A stretch of DNA of 64,000 nt. It comes from Octopus vulgaris (taxonomy: Eukaryota). The translations under genes were made by a program, and so were the position numbers. The DNA lies in contig OX597817.1 in the NCBI GenBank assembly GCA_951406725.2, positions 122,078,001 through 122,142,000 of the forward strand, written 5' to 3'. The notes beneath the pieces are model-generated. The model had not been told where the DNA came from. It worked only from the letters and a program-made list of their open reading frames with translations, and made no database searches. Below, piece after piece: positions 1 to 13,482 of this stretch (position 1 is its first letter; each line of letters opens with the position of its first letter).

Positions 1-654
1 GAAAGTCGTGAACGCTGTAAAATAGCATTAGCCCACTTAACTAAAATCCATGTGATACAAGTTGAATTCTTTAAGAATACATAAGAAGTATATGTTACTA
101 TCATTATTTGAAGGAGAATTTCTCATAAAGAAACATTTATAATATATAAGGCAAAAATAGAATACACGCTTGATATTTCTGCTTCATCGTATAATTTAAT
201 CTCACTAGAACTTTCAATTTTATTTGAAAAACACAAAGTTAAGAAATGACCAACTTAGTGAAGATTTTAGTTTACTAAATAATGTTTAAACAACAAATGA
301 CAATCAATGATATATAAGTGCTTGAATACAACACTAAACTTATAACATATATAACTATTTTTTAGTTTCAAAGCTGTTAAATATCACATTATGGAAAAGT
401 AGAATAACTTTAGAATACCTGTATTACTTCATAGACGAGATAACTGAATTATAAATTGATAAATATATTCCACTATATAATCGAATACAATCAATAGATA
501 ACTTTTGCTTTCAGGAGTTAATTTCAATTTGTCTTGCAAGTTTTAGTGCATAGTAAACTATCCGTTTACCTGTTTGTCTGTCTGCTTTTTTCTCAGTATT
601 GTCTGAATGTCTTGTCTATATATGTGTATGTATGTATGTTTGTATGTATGTATG

Positions 655-795
655 TAAGCATGTCATTTTTTTTCAAGACTTCTTACCAATAGTATGTCTT
701 TAGTGTTTTTCAAGATTTCTTGCCAATAGAGAAAGAATCGGTTTCTAACCTAGAGTCGAGGCTCCTTTATTGAAATTTCAACATCAACAACAGGG
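655..795 (-). mobile_element. Probable 3' UTR remnant of a non-LTR retrotransposon embedded in (TACA)n
   Basis: Unique ~140 bp flanked on both sides by (TATG)n, with an internal duplication of TTTTTCAAGAyTTCTTrCCAATAG. An R4/Dong-like origin is inference from the microsatellite context. Confidence 0.35.
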
Positions 796-920
796 TATGT
801 ATGTTTGTATGTATGCATGAATGAATGAATGAATGTATGTATGTATGTATGTATGCATGCATGCATGTATGCATGAATGTATGAATGTATGCATGCATGT
901 ATGCATGAATGTATGCATGC

Positions 921-953
<33 letters not shown>

Positions 954-1040
954 TGTATGTATGCATGTATGCATGAATGTATGTATGTATGCATGTATGC
1001 ATATATGTATGTATCCATGTATGTACGTATGTGTGTGTGA
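795..1040. repeat. (TATG)n/(TGCA)n/(TGAA)n compound microsatellite
   Basis: Directly visible; explains the HTYI/YVCM pseudo-ORFs. Confidence 0.95.
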
Positions 1041-2127
1041 ACCTGAGGTTTTACAAGAAAAATGGAATTATTACTTGTTCAGTTGAGATAGAAAAATCAC
1101 AAAAGCACTCTTTCTCAAATTCAAACTAATTTTTGCAACTTCATTGCTTTGCTTAGGAAGTGGGGGTAGAACAGTATACATTTTCAGGGTTTCGTCTCGT
1201 ATAGATTAATTTGAAATCGAACTCCAGCAAATTTCTCGCTTAAAATACGGTTTCCGTATAGGCTGTGTAACTTGTGGTAGTTATGTAACTGTAGTTTCTA
1301 CGTTAAATTCACAAGGCAATAAAAATGTATCATTATCAGAAGTACCAGAAATTCGCAGCATTAAATTATCGTACCAACAACATTTTTTTCTTTTCAAATC
1401 AAATCGAATCGAATATAGATTATGCATATTGGATGATATAAGGTGATGATGTTGATACAAAATACCCACTATAAAAATTTACACACATCATTGATAATAT
1501 TGATTTTATCCATCGATACACACACACACGCACATAATTACACACACATAAACACACAAATATATAGGTGAGTCTAAGATTAACGATAACATGCTTTATA
1601 GATTTTTCATTTAACTATATATTATATAACTATATAATATATATATATAAATGCGTATTGCTCTTATAAATGAGAAGAAACATGAATAAATAGTATATCT
1701 CCAAACAACTTCAACCATGCTTTCGAATTAGCAGCTTATGTATTTAGTACTCTGTTACGTAAAGTTATGCACTTTTGCCTCATTGTTCGAAACTTCACTT
1801 CACTATTGCGCTTGGAAAAAGTATCCATTTTTCGAATTTTAATTCCGTTTGCTTATGTGAAAGACTTCTCGCCCGAAACGTTAGATTTTCTTCTCTTCTT
1901 TCTTATTACGTATTTTCTTTCTATTTTAATGTGTAACATAACATCGCTAAACAGTAGATGTGAGCAATATTCTAAGTTTAATATTTATAGTCTACATGGA
2001 GAAAAAAAAGAGAATATACATAATAGTTTTAAAATGCAACTTATTCCGAGTCTGAAAATTATATGCATCAGTTATATATTGTGAATGAAGCTCGCAGCTA
2101 AACTCATTGAATATCGAACGTGATTTG

Positions 2128-2222
2128 GGGCTAAACCAACTGAGATCAGTACTAGAAATAGGGTATTCTTGTTCTGGGCTAAATCAAATGAGACCAATAT
2201 TACAAATAGTCTATTCTTGTTC
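2128..2222. repeat. Two-copy 48-bp diverged tandem repeat
   Basis: GGGCTAAAyCAAmTGAGAyCArTAyTAsAAATAG..TATTCTTGTTC starting at 2128 and 2176. Confidence 0.75.
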
Positions 2223-4371
2223 AGCTACATCACCAGACAAATATGAAAATAGTTTGGTGTTTAGATTGCAATCACTTTGCTTAGACCGTGCAGCTAACCT
2301 TCAGGAAGATATAAAGCTCACAATTATTTCCTTTCCTTTAATAGAACATTTGATTTCGAACTTATCTAAGATTTTACTATTCATATTTCGTATTTAATTG
2401 TATACACACTCATCTGAGTGAAATTTTCCTGGTTTATAAAGTTATTAAACTATTTCTTGCATGCTAGTATTATAATATCCATCATTTTGTAAATATCAGC
2501 AACAGTTATTAAACAGTAGATCATAGAGCATATACGACGGCAAACTGGATCAACTTCATACACATAAAATATGAATAATAATTTTCTGCATAACTAAGCA
2601 ATGCAATGTGAAATCAGTTCTTAATTATCTCTCAACATGTGGAGCCTTAAAATCTTGTTTGCCTTGTGATTATTGATTGTAAATATTTCTTCTATTTATT
2701 TCATGAGATTAGAATACACTATAATTTACGTTTTGTGGGTTCTTACATAGAAAACAAGAAACAAAGATAAATCAGAAATAAAATGAACTAGCGTACAACT
2801 ATATTACATTTTATGTTTTAAGACATAAATTGTAAGCATTTCTCGATAAGTTGTTCTACCATTTGTGACTTCATATTTTAAATTAATTTTGTGAATTTCT
2901 AAACACAGTTTAACTTTCGTATTATTGATTCTATGGAAGCTGGAATTATAGAAGATTTGCAATTTTAATGACTACTAATTAAAGAGTTGGATTATTGATA
3001 TAATAATATTTTAATATAATGTTTTCTTATTTTGACAAATGCATGTATCCCCAATATAGCTAAAGAGATTCTGCCTAAAAATTCAAATCTGCTAGATAAT
3101 AAAATATACTAATAATTCAGAAATATATTACTCGCTGATCATTGAAAACAGCACAAATATTATTTAATATCCATATTACAATTAGGTAGTTAGAAATAAC
3201 TTTATTATTTATACCTTATTTTAGAGACATAACTCGATGTATTTCCTGTTTGTCAAAAGTATTACACAGTGGGAAGCTGGAGGACAGAACAAATGCACAT
3301 ATAATCATATTTTCCTCTGTAGTCATAGATTTATTTATAAAGGTATTGCGAGTCAGACCTGAATGTTTTGGTGCACTCACAAAATAGTAATAAAGATAAT
3401 ATATTCAAAATTTACGAACTGCTGATTGGATATTCCGTGTGATAAATAATATAAATACTCTCAAAATATCATGGTGATTCACTTACAATAATCAAAGGTT
3501 TTTCCTTAAATTTTATATCATGGGCAGTATGAATTCAGCTAGATAAATTTATCTACAAATTGATAATTGAAAAACAGACTTTCACCTAATATTTTCATAT
3601 TTACGTTGCATAATAATTTGGCCTTTAGAGACTACATCAATACTGCACACTGAATCTAAGGAGAATATGTAATCAAATTATCAGACGATTCCTTCCTCCA
3701 CCACCAAAAAGCACAAAACAACAACAACAACAACAACAACAAACGTGATGAACATGGTGTCATGTGAATGTTCAGGATTGAGAAAAAAGTTAGGGTCATC
3801 AGTTTACATATATGTACGTTATTGATTAAATGTGAAAACAATCGTTAATGGAAAAATTTCTCCAGCTGCACATTTGTCTAAACTCATATCTCTTTATTTA
3901 TGCAAACATTCAAAAGCCATTAATTTCTCATTATGATGATTAATCCACAGCATTTGTTAACAGGAGACCTTAAAAATCTTAACGATAAATTCTTGATGGA
4001 AAACAGATTGCATATAAATTTTAGACAACAATTTGCTGAAGACAGCTTTATCTCTGACTTATGATGAAACAAGAGTATAGAAACCTTACCTGCTATTCAC
4101 GAAAAATGCAGATTAAAGTTACAATTAAAAATATTAATCTTAAATTTCATAATAAAAGTTATTAAATCATTTTTATATTTCCATGAACATCTTTAATGCT
4201 TGTAAACTGAATAAGGGGGGTTCTCTTTCGTAAACTATTATCATGAATCAAATTCCAGCATTGACTACTTGATTGGAGGGAATGTATGACAAATATGTCT
4301 TCAGACTATAAAATAACTATAAATGACAAACTTTACATTTGATGAAGGACCCTTGCCTATTTAAATTTCAT

Positions 4372-4416
4372 TAATTTTCAGAAGACAGACCTTTATGAGG
4401 TCGAAATAATTGAATC
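4372..4416 (+). ncRNA. Degenerate hammerhead-like motif (PLE terminal-repeat remnant)
   Basis: CAGAAGA-ca-GACCT-ttatg-AGGTC-GAAA-taattgaa. Core U4 is mutated, so probably dead. Confidence 0.35.
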
Positions 4417-7400
4417 CAGACATAACGTATTGTTTTATTTTAATGAAATATCTGAACGGATGTTGATGCACATTAGCAAGTCTTTACTCATACATTCACA
4501 TAAATCAGCACAGTGCATGTTAAATTCTACTGCTCTACAAGTACCAAAGATTGCCATCTGTCTACTGTCTTATTGCATTTAACAATTTATTGTTTGGTGC
4601 AGCACATTACAAAGCCACAAAAACAAGGAATGTAAATTTCGATGTTTCGGTTTTGATTTGAGCAAAAACAAGTCGTATTGGTGAAATAAATCTTTCAGTT
4701 TAATTATTCAATTTATAATACTGTTTTCTTAAAATCTAATATTAATAATACGTTGTTTTCGCAAACAGTGATTAAATTGCAGCAAATTGTTGAAGGAGAA
4801 CATTTAGTATCTTTCAAACTTAAATAGTATCTTACAATATTCTAAAAGTTGTAACCGTCCAAGGAAGGGCATTAGCCAAGATCCTCTTGTAGCATTGGAA
4901 ATAGAGTGAATATTTTCCCTACAAATTTGATACTGCCGAAGATTTTACTATAAAGGATTTGTCAAATTAAAAGTTGTTCTCAATATTCTAAGAATAAATC
5001 ATTCTCTATTTCTATTATGGGATAGAAGAAACACATGTAGTAAAAGGGAGAGGACACAGTTGTATACTGTATATTGTAAAACATAAAGAGTGGCCTTCTA
5101 ATGTGTAACAATTTACTTTCCAGTCTGGCGTCACCTGCCAGGTTCAGTTTTCTTTTTTCGCTTCAATGTTAGTGAACAAAATTGACAAATATTACAAAAT
5201 TTATCTGAGGCCCTTCCATTACCAGTCGTGTAGATGAGTATATTCATTTATTCATCCAGTCATCTATTCATCAATTATTCATTCATGAACATGGGTTTCT
5301 AATAGTGTTGTAATCATATTCTGTGAGAAAATATGATTTCTATAGACCTCTTACAAGCATGAACAACAAAAATAAGCAACATTTAATCATCAAATTATAA
5401 GAAATGTTGATTTCAGGTTACATCTGCTTATTTATTTCATTTCAGGTTACTTTTAGTCATTTCATTTCGTATTACAGCAATTTAATTACAGGTTACATAT
5501 CTCAAATTTCTACGAGGTGCTTAATGTACATAAATACAAGTCTCCTCACCTCGATGTGTCTAACTAAATCCAAGCTTATATTCTCTCAAGTTAAAAGCAA
5601 GCAATATTCTTAAAGTGGAAAACATAATATAATTTCTATTCTCTGATGAATGTATTTAAATTTACATATTTTAAACTTAGGAATGACATGAACACCACAA
5701 AACCACATTTTCGCACCTCTAAGTTGAGAGATCAATGTTTTTAATAAAAAAAAAAGGTAACGAGGAATGCAGTGGCCTAAAGTATGTGTATTATACTATC
5801 TATATATCCCTTCAGCGTTTTTCAACACATACTTAAAGTTTGAAACCAGCAAATTAGTTGGTTCCTCCACGTAATTTCATTTTGCAATTACCTCCTGCTG
5901 CTTTAACAGGCAATAGAGAATACGCGGATAGAAATCGGAAATAAGTATCGATTATCATTAACTAAACACACTAGGTCACTCCTTTCTTTCGAAGCTGAAG
6001 CATGCTATACTGCTAGTTTCTTCCTAAAGGTTTCCTGGCTATATTAACGCGTCAAAAGGAATCCAGTTAAATACGCAATCTTCATTATCGGAAGCAATTT
6101 CTTATATTCATTCGCGAGATCATTTAGTGCAGAATTTCTTATTCATGCGTCATAACTGTGAGTGATATTGCTATAGTGTGCTGTAAAATTCTTTACAAAA
6201 AATTATATATTATACCTTGGTCTGTAAAGATTTCTATGTTGTGTATTGATTTCTTACGAAAGAGATTTTATGAGATAAGATGTTGTGAAGTCAATGCCTA
6301 TCTGATACTATCGACAGTATGTACATATGTGAAGGTTTAACTGTAACATAGGTGGCATGTAAGTATAAAAATTAAATTCTTTTCTATTATCAGTTATATG
6401 ACAACGGCAGTGATGGTTTCCTGAAGACGTAAATGTCCTATCCTAAATTAATTAGGACGCTTATGATTTAATAAATAAGATTCAAATCGGAATCAAGTCC
6501 CTCTTGCAGTTTATGGATCTGCACTTCTTGGTTTTATTCATATTGGTTGTCCTCAGTTTGTCAAGTATTAATGGATTATATTTTAGAAAAGTCGATGTGA
6601 AACAGTCACCTTTAAGAATAGAAAATACATTAGGTTCTCGGTTGTACTGGAAGCTAAGTTTTGTCTGATGCAGTCCAGCAATCTACATTGATATTCATTT
6701 ACAAATATTACTGAAAGAATATAAAGAGTTCAGGTTAGCAGGGCATAAGTCACTCAGCTGAGAGGACAGTGGAGGAACGGCAATGCAAGCATGGCCAAGA
6801 AATATAGGCCCTAACAGCAGCCAGTTTCATATAGCTGGAGTGAAAACACTGGAAACTCTATAACATATGCATATGCTCTGCTGATTTCCGAACTAATTTC
6901 AAATCTTTCCGGAGTAAATGTAACATGTAATAGATATACGTCTTATGCAGGCGAAAATCTGTTTCTAATTAATTTTGCGACACAAAAACAGGAAATAAAT
7001 ATCTGTTCAATGAGATATATATTTATGTAAAAGGAAATAATACAGCGAACCGTTAATATATCAGGTATTAAATAAAAATGTTTGCTTCAGATTGCACATA
7101 TATATATTACATTATATAGCAATTTTGGCATATGCGATAAATACCAATGGATGTAAAAACGAGATGAAAATTTCCTTCAACATTATTTAATACACGAATG
7201 CAATTTATACTGAGATTTCATCAACTGTTATTACCTTCCGATTTTTCTTTCGTTACTGCTATGCAAATTAGATGTGACATTTTAAAATATATGGGAATAA
7301 TCATTAACATACTTCTTCCAATATGCATTGTTGTTGTTATATATTCTAATATGAAATATGCAATACGCCTCGTGGATGCAGAGACACTTATTCGTAAGAA

Positions 7401-8174
7401 GTTTAGATTTATTAGAATATATATATATATATATATATATACTTTACAAAATTACATCCATTAATCGTTTCTCTTTTGATAAACGTAATATTACAAATAC
7501 TTTCTATCTACTGGTTTTAGCAGCTGTAATACAATATCTGTATTTTTATTTTGGTTTAATAATTGTGGCGAGAGACTTAAATATACGGCCTACTTTGCAA
7601 TTCAAAAGGTGGATCTTTCACCTTATTTTTTTTATTTTCATTTATCTACGTTTTATTAATGTTTCTAAAGATAATATTTCACGACGCATTTCGCTCGTTG
7701 TCTCTATACAATTCTGTGTTGGAGGCTCTCCGTCGATGCTTAGAGAACTCTCATTTCTGAGAGATGCAGAAAAGTCTGAGAAATAAACAAATACCAAATA
7801 TTTTCTAAACATTCCATAGAAAAGAAAACTATGCAATAATAAAATCAAATTAGATGCCCTTTGTCTAGACGGAGATTCATAAATACAAATTTCAAAGATA
7901 TCTAATCGATGCAGTCAAACTATTATTAGTTTCTTTAGATAATAATATTTAAAAGAAAATGCAGCAAATTTTTAGCTTTCAAGTAATTTGAAAGGTTAGT
8001 ATCTGAATCGAGATGCCCCAAAATTAATCTCCAAAAGTTTTCACTTATTCAGCAGATATTTTATTTCTCTTTGGTTGATCTTTGAAAGATTGCTGCAATA
8101 ATAATGATGGAATCTCCCGCTGAAGGTGACGTATGAGTGTTCAGGTTTTGCTGAACGTCCTGCACAAATAATTT

Positions 8175-8469
8175 GTTATTAATATATCCAGGAATGCCAG
8201 CTGATTGTCTGTTTCCTTTTCCATTGTGAACTGTATGGATGGCTTTACATGATCTAACATGACTTCACATGATCTAACAGCACTTGGACATCTTCCTGGT
8301 GGGGCCAGAGTATAAAGGTGTCATTAACATACCGTAGCCATAGTGTAGGTTTTAGTTGTGTTGATCCTAAAGCTAAATTCTCAAAGTATTCCATGTATAT
8401 ATTGGCTATTACCGGTGATAATGGCGAACCCATAGTTAAACCCTCCTCCTGTCGATATATATCAGAGTT
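8175..8469 (-). mobile_element. Penelope-like element reverse transcriptase fragment (pseudogenised)
   Basis: Minus-strand translation IYRQEEGLTMGSPLSPVIANIYMEYFENLAL...PTLWLRYVNDTFILW... then, after a small duplication/frameshift, PSIQFTMEKETDNQLAFLDILI. These are classic PLE RT motifs, with catalytic YVDD changed to YVND. Confidence 0.92.
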
Positions 8470-8789
8470 GGGTCTTTTCTTATAATTTACACGTCATCTT
8501 TCTCTTCTTCAGAAGTTTTACATCGTGCTTATTGCTTAGGTTTTTGAGTATTTCTATATCAGACATTGATTTGTTTCTAGATTTATTTCTTATCGTGTTT
8601 TATTTACGAGGATTTTCCGTTTTTACTTGGGGGGGGGGACTGGAATGTGCGACTTTATTAAAATGACATTTAAACTATCTCAAACACAAAGGTTTCTTAT
8701 ATAATCACCTTATCAAAATTTGGAGAAAATCGGCACAATGAAATGACTGACGTTTATTTTATGTCATTGGAAGAAAGAAAAGATGGTGG

Positions 8790-8915
8790 ATTGCTGAGTT
8801 AATAGAGCGTTGTTTAGAAAGTCTCTCTACTCCCTGGGTTCGAATTCTGCCAAGGTCAGTGCTACCTTCCATCGTTTCGGAATCACTAAGTAAAGCTCCC
8901 GTGCTAGGCTCGATT
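8790..8915 (+). mobile_element. Old truncated tRNA-SINE (family M)
   Basis: B box GGGTTCGAATTC followed by GCCAAGGTCAGTGCTACCTTCCATCGTTTCGG, a decayed version of the family-M central domain. Confidence 0.55.
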
Positions 8916-10098
8916 CCCCTTTCCTCCGTTTTCTTTTTCTCAGTATTGTTTATAATGGTGTCTTGTTGAAAACCACCAGAAGGAATATAACTGGAAATAA
9001 TTGTATTTTCCTGTAACGTGTCAATGACAGGCACGTAGAGCTTTCATGGAACTTGTCAATTATCTCTCATCGACATTATGTTGCAAAGAGGACGAAGCAA
9101 TGATAAACCGAACAAGAACAGATTTGAACTCAGAAAGAAGGGGGAATAAAATTCAATAATGTAAGGCATATCTTTGATCTTTGTCCAACAGTTCCCTGTC
9201 ATTTCCTCGCCTTCACTTTCAATCGATATACTTCTAACATTACCCACTCGGCTAATAATATTCCAGCATGAATAACTAATAGGATTACTAATTTTAGAAA
9301 TTTAATGACTGTTAAAAACAAACTATCAGAAATATTTTCAAATATTTTCAAGAATATAAAAAAAATTAGATATATAAAAGATTATATGAACAATAATATT
9401 ATAAAACATATCTACACATTGTCGAAATAGAAAACAAGATGTTTTGAAAAGAGTCTTTTGGGAATAGAATGGCAAAAATAATGTATCGAATTCATAAACA
9501 GATATTCGTATCACTATCACCAACTTTGTAAAGAAGTTTCTATAGAAATTTATACCTTTTGAAAAAACAAAACAAAGTGTAAAATTCGAGAGGCAAATAA
9601 AATCAATATTTTGTATCAAATCGCTGAAAAGATTTACTCAAGCTAATCAACGAAGCGTTTTAATATTAAAACATAACGAACAATTAGGCAAAACGCTTTT
9701 GAGTCGTACCAAAACTATTATTATATAAATTGACATTGCACTGAGAAAACCAATTGTCACCATAGCACTGGCGTTAACCGGTAGCTAGCCTGACATTTCT
9801 ATTTGTATTTTAATGTGGATTTATTGAAGTCAAAATCATCATAATATATCCTGTATGTAGTTATCCTTGCTAACTGAGCATTTAGGACCAGTTAATAAGA
9901 GGAGCATTCAAACAAATATCACATACAAGAAACAGATTTTGAAATATTCAATGTTAAGTTAATTCGAATTAATAGGTGATTTTCTCTAAATAAAAAACAT
10001 TAATTTAGTTCAGTTCTACAGTTAAGAGATGGGAAATTATGTACATTATTTACATTATTTACATTTGACGGATATTTGTCCTCATCGTGTTCATTGCT

Positions 10099-10144
10099 AA
10101 CACAACATTTCGGCTGATATACCCTCCAGCCTTCATCAGGTGTC
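10099..10144 (-). ncRNA. Minimal type I hammerhead ribozyme-like motif
   Basis: GACAC-CUGAUGA-A-GGCUG-(10 nt loop)-CAGCC-GAAA-UGUU-GUGUU; stem I GACAC/GUGUU, stem II 5 bp. Confidence 0.7.
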
Positions 10145-10196
10145 TTGGAGAAACTTCGAACCTGGGTTCTCATTCCCAAGGTATTTTTCGATGTTG

Positions 10197-10227
<31 letters not shown>

Positions 10228-10244
10228 TATTGCTGTTTTTATTA

Positions 10245-10308
<64 letters not shown>

Positions 10309-10310
<2 letters not shown>

Positions 10311-10381
10311 TCAATGCCGGGAATCGAACTCGAAATCTTGGGGTGAGTAGCCCGCGCTCTTAACCACTACGCCATATGACC
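10309..10381 (-). pseudogene. tRNA-like SINE head (73 nt)
   Basis: GGTCA/TGACC acceptor ends, A box TGGCGTAGTGG, B box GAGTTCGATTCC, anticodon-like loop CTACTCA. Imperfect stems indicate it is not a functional tRNA. Confidence 0.8.
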
Positions 10382-10482
10382 GTGTACAACTAAGGAGTGA
10401 ATTTCAGGCAGTGACCTAAATAATAATAATAACATCGAAAAATATCTTACGAATGAGAACCCAGTTTTGAAATTTCCCCCAA

Positions 10483-10528
10483 GACACCTGATGAATGCTG
10501 GAGGTTATATCAGCTGAAACGTTATGTT
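10483..10528 (+). ncRNA. Minimal type I hammerhead ribozyme-like motif (inverted copy)
   Basis: GACAC-CUGAUGA-A-uGCUG-loop-CAGCu-GAAA-CGUU-aUGUU. Confidence 0.6.
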
Positions 10529-11269
10529 AACAACAAACAAGATGAGGACAAATATCTGTCGAATGTAAATAATGTAGATAATGTATTAATTTAGTTAAAT
10601 CAAGAAATCTAAAAGAATGAAGTTTGTTATAGTCGGTACAGATATTTTTCTTGCTCTGTACTGCAAGAGCTCCTAATGACCGCTCTGTTAAATGTTTTAA
10701 CCGTGATGAATGTATAAGATATAAGACAACAAGGTGTGCCAATGTAAAAGAGTCTAGATAGCCACGCAATCTACAATAATCAATAACCAAATATTTCCCA
10801 TATCACAGTCTACCGTGAAAAGAACGGAAAGGAAACATTAGGTAATGTCTTCTAAATATTCTGCTCTAATAATAAAACGCCTAATTATGAAAGCTGGAAT
10901 GTCTTGAATCAGAATTCTACCGCGAATAGGGCTGATCTGGAACAGAAAAATCAATAGGTACTAATAATATATCTATTACAATTACAACTGGTGAGACTAG
11001 AACAAATGAAAGTACAACATATGACATAAATATTGTAATAAAATCCTTGAGGACGTTGTAGAAGTTAGAAAAATTATAAAGGAGGCTCATTTGTAATACA
11101 CACACCCATTACGACTTTATATTTCACATCAGATATCGAAACGTAAATATGACGTGGGGAATTCAATTGATCACTTGAATACATTCGGCCATTAATCGAA
11201 GTCTCTCTGGACTCGATTCAGTAAGGAAAACATCGCCTGAAAATTACTGATAATTAATGCAAAATCAAT

Positions 11270-11360
<91 letters not shown>

Positions 11361-11764
11361 AATCTATTTATCTATCTATCTGTGTGGGCACGAAGGATGA
11401 TTCTATCTCATCAGAAGAATAAACACATACAAACACCACTCAATACACACATACACACACACAAACACACACAAACACACACACAGACATGCTCTCTCTC
11501 CCTCTCATACACTCGCACATATATGTATATATAGAGAGAAAGACAGACAGACAGGCAGACAGACACAGAAAGACAGACAGATGAGACAAAGAAGGAGATA
11601 AACCATAGTATCAATATTTACGACTTAAGCATGTGGTGTTGTACAAAAATTAGCGCAAAAATATCAGACAAATCTCTCAGAAGGTAGTATTGCTTGATTA
11701 GGATTAACCTCATCTAGGTTTCAACTATATTACTGCTTTCTGGACAGTAATTTTGAGGGTTGGA

Positions 11765-11930
11765 AAGTTCATCGCTCCCATCGAACTCCGTACTTTCTTG
11801 ATGCCTTTACTTTATAGACCCCGGACGGATGAAAAGCAAAGTTGTCCTCAGCAGGATATGAACTCTAAATATAGAAAACAGTAAGGAATTTCACAAGACA
11901 TTTTGTGGAAGCCACAGCACTTTTTGTCAT
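11765..11930 (-). mobile_element. Decayed tRNA-SINE family M
   Basis: GACCCCGGACGGATGAAAAGCAAAGTTGTCCTCAGCAGGATATGAACTC is the reverse complement of the family-M domain. Confidence 0.6.
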
Positions 11931-12019
11931 CCCAACTCTTTGTTATACTAATGTGAAAAGTTACATACAAATATATACAAATATTTCTAGGGCTATATTC
12001 TAACATTAAATTTTGTTCT

Positions 12020-12188
12020 TTTTCTTTTTCTACTTGTTTCAGTGATTAGACTGCGGCTATGCAGGGGCACACCTTCAGGAATTTTAGTCAAATTTACTAT
12101 CATCTTATGAAGACTTGGACTTATTTTATCGGTCGCTTTTGCCGAATCGCTAATTAACAGAGACGTTAAGACACTAATTCCTAATACA

Positions 12189-12190
<2 letters not shown>
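12020..12190 (-). mobile_element. 3' half of tRNA-SINE family B
   Basis: CTTGTTTCAGTGATTAGACTGCGGCTATGCAGGGGCACACC...ATCGGTCGCTTTTGCCGAATCGCTAA matches the reverse complement of the family-B tail. Confidence 0.8.
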
Positions 12191-12266
<76 letters not shown>

Positions 12267-12309
12267 CATATATATATATAACATATAATATATATGCATA
12301 CATATATGT

Positions 12310-12604
12310 GGAGGCGCAATGGCCCAGTGGTTAGGGCAGCGGACTCGCGGTCGGCGGACCGCAGTTTCGATTCCCAGACCGGGCGTTGTGTGTGTTTATT
12401 GAGCGAAAATACCTAAAAAGCTCCACGAGGCTCCGGCAGGGGTGGTGATCCCTGCTGTACTCTTTTACCACTCTTTCTCCCACTTCCTTTGGCCTGCTCG
12501 CTTAGCCAGCGGGGTGGCGCTGTTCGAAGGCTAAAACAATGCGAACGCATTGTGACCAGCGATGTGTAGCAACATCTAATGGTCTGGTCGGTCACGAGAT
12601 CACA

Positions 12605-12608
<4 letters not shown>
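12310..12608 (+). mobile_element. tRNA(Arg-like)-derived SINE, head A + RTE-derived tail X, inserted in (TA)n
   Basis: A box TGGCCCAGTGG, anticodon-like GACTCGCGGTC, B box GTTTCGATTCC; 3' end homologous to the RTE end at 41408-41460. Confidence 0.9.
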
Positions 12609-12645
<37 letters not shown>

Positions 12646-12651
12646 CATACA

Positions 12652-12860
12652 TCTTTTATCTTTCGCCCGTTTTGGTCAATGGGTTACGGCCATGCTGGGA
12701 TACCGCCTTGAAGTGTTTAGTCGAACAAACCGACCCTGGTAAACCTAGTACTTAGTTTGGCGGTCTCTTTTGCCGAACCACCAGCTTGCAGGGATGTAAA
12801 GAAACCAAAGCCGGTTGTCAAGCGGTGGGGAAAGACAAACATATGTACAAAGAGACCCAA
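12652..12860 (-). mobile_element. 3' half of tRNA-SINE family B
   Basis: GGCCATGCTGGGATACCGCC...GGTCTCTTTTGCCGAACC...CCGGTTGTCAAGCGGT. Confidence 0.8.
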
Positions 12861-12999
12861 GGATATCTATCTATCTATCTATCTATATATCTATCTATCT
12901 ATCTGTCTATCTATCTATATAGATGGATAGATATCTGTGAGTGTCTTTGTACATATGTTTGTCTTCCCACACCGCTTGACAATATATATATATACATAC

Positions 13000-13034
<35 letters not shown>

Positions 13035-13209
13035 GGCGCAGGAGCGGCCGTGTGGTAAGTAGCTTGTTTACCAACCACATGGTACCGGGTTCAGTCCCAC
13101 TGCGTGGCACCTTGGGCAAGTGTCTTCTACTATAGTTTCGGGCCGACCAAAGCCTTGTGAGTGGATTTGGTAGACGGAAACTGAAGGAAGCCCGTCGTAT
13201 ATATATATA

Positions 13210-13260
<51 letters not shown>

Positions 13261-13482
13261 TGTGTGTGTTTGTGTATCTGTGTTTGTCCCCCTAGCATTG
13301 CTTGACAACCGATGCTGGTGTGTTTATGTCCCTGTTACTTAGCGATTCGGCAAAAGAGACCGATAGAATAAGTACTGGGCTTACAAAAGAATGAGTCCCA
13401 GGGTCGAGTTGCTTGATTAAAAAGGCGGTGCTCCAGCATGGCCGCAGTCAAATAACAAACAAGTAAAAGAGAGTAAAAGAGA

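Larger units (their letters stand above)
10011..10584 (-). mobile_element. Composite non-autonomous retroelement: tRNA-like head + (AAT)n + HHR-bearing PLE-type terminal repeat, plus inverted partial copy
   Basis: Inverted arms at ~10041-10320 and ~10407-10584; flanked by the 12-bp direct repeat ATTAATTTAGTT (9999-10010 and 10585-10596). Confidence 0.8.

Noticed and set aside
10309-10381. Functional tRNA gene
   Set aside because: Mismatched stems, no oligo-T terminator and fusion to a repeat tail; treated as a SINE head.
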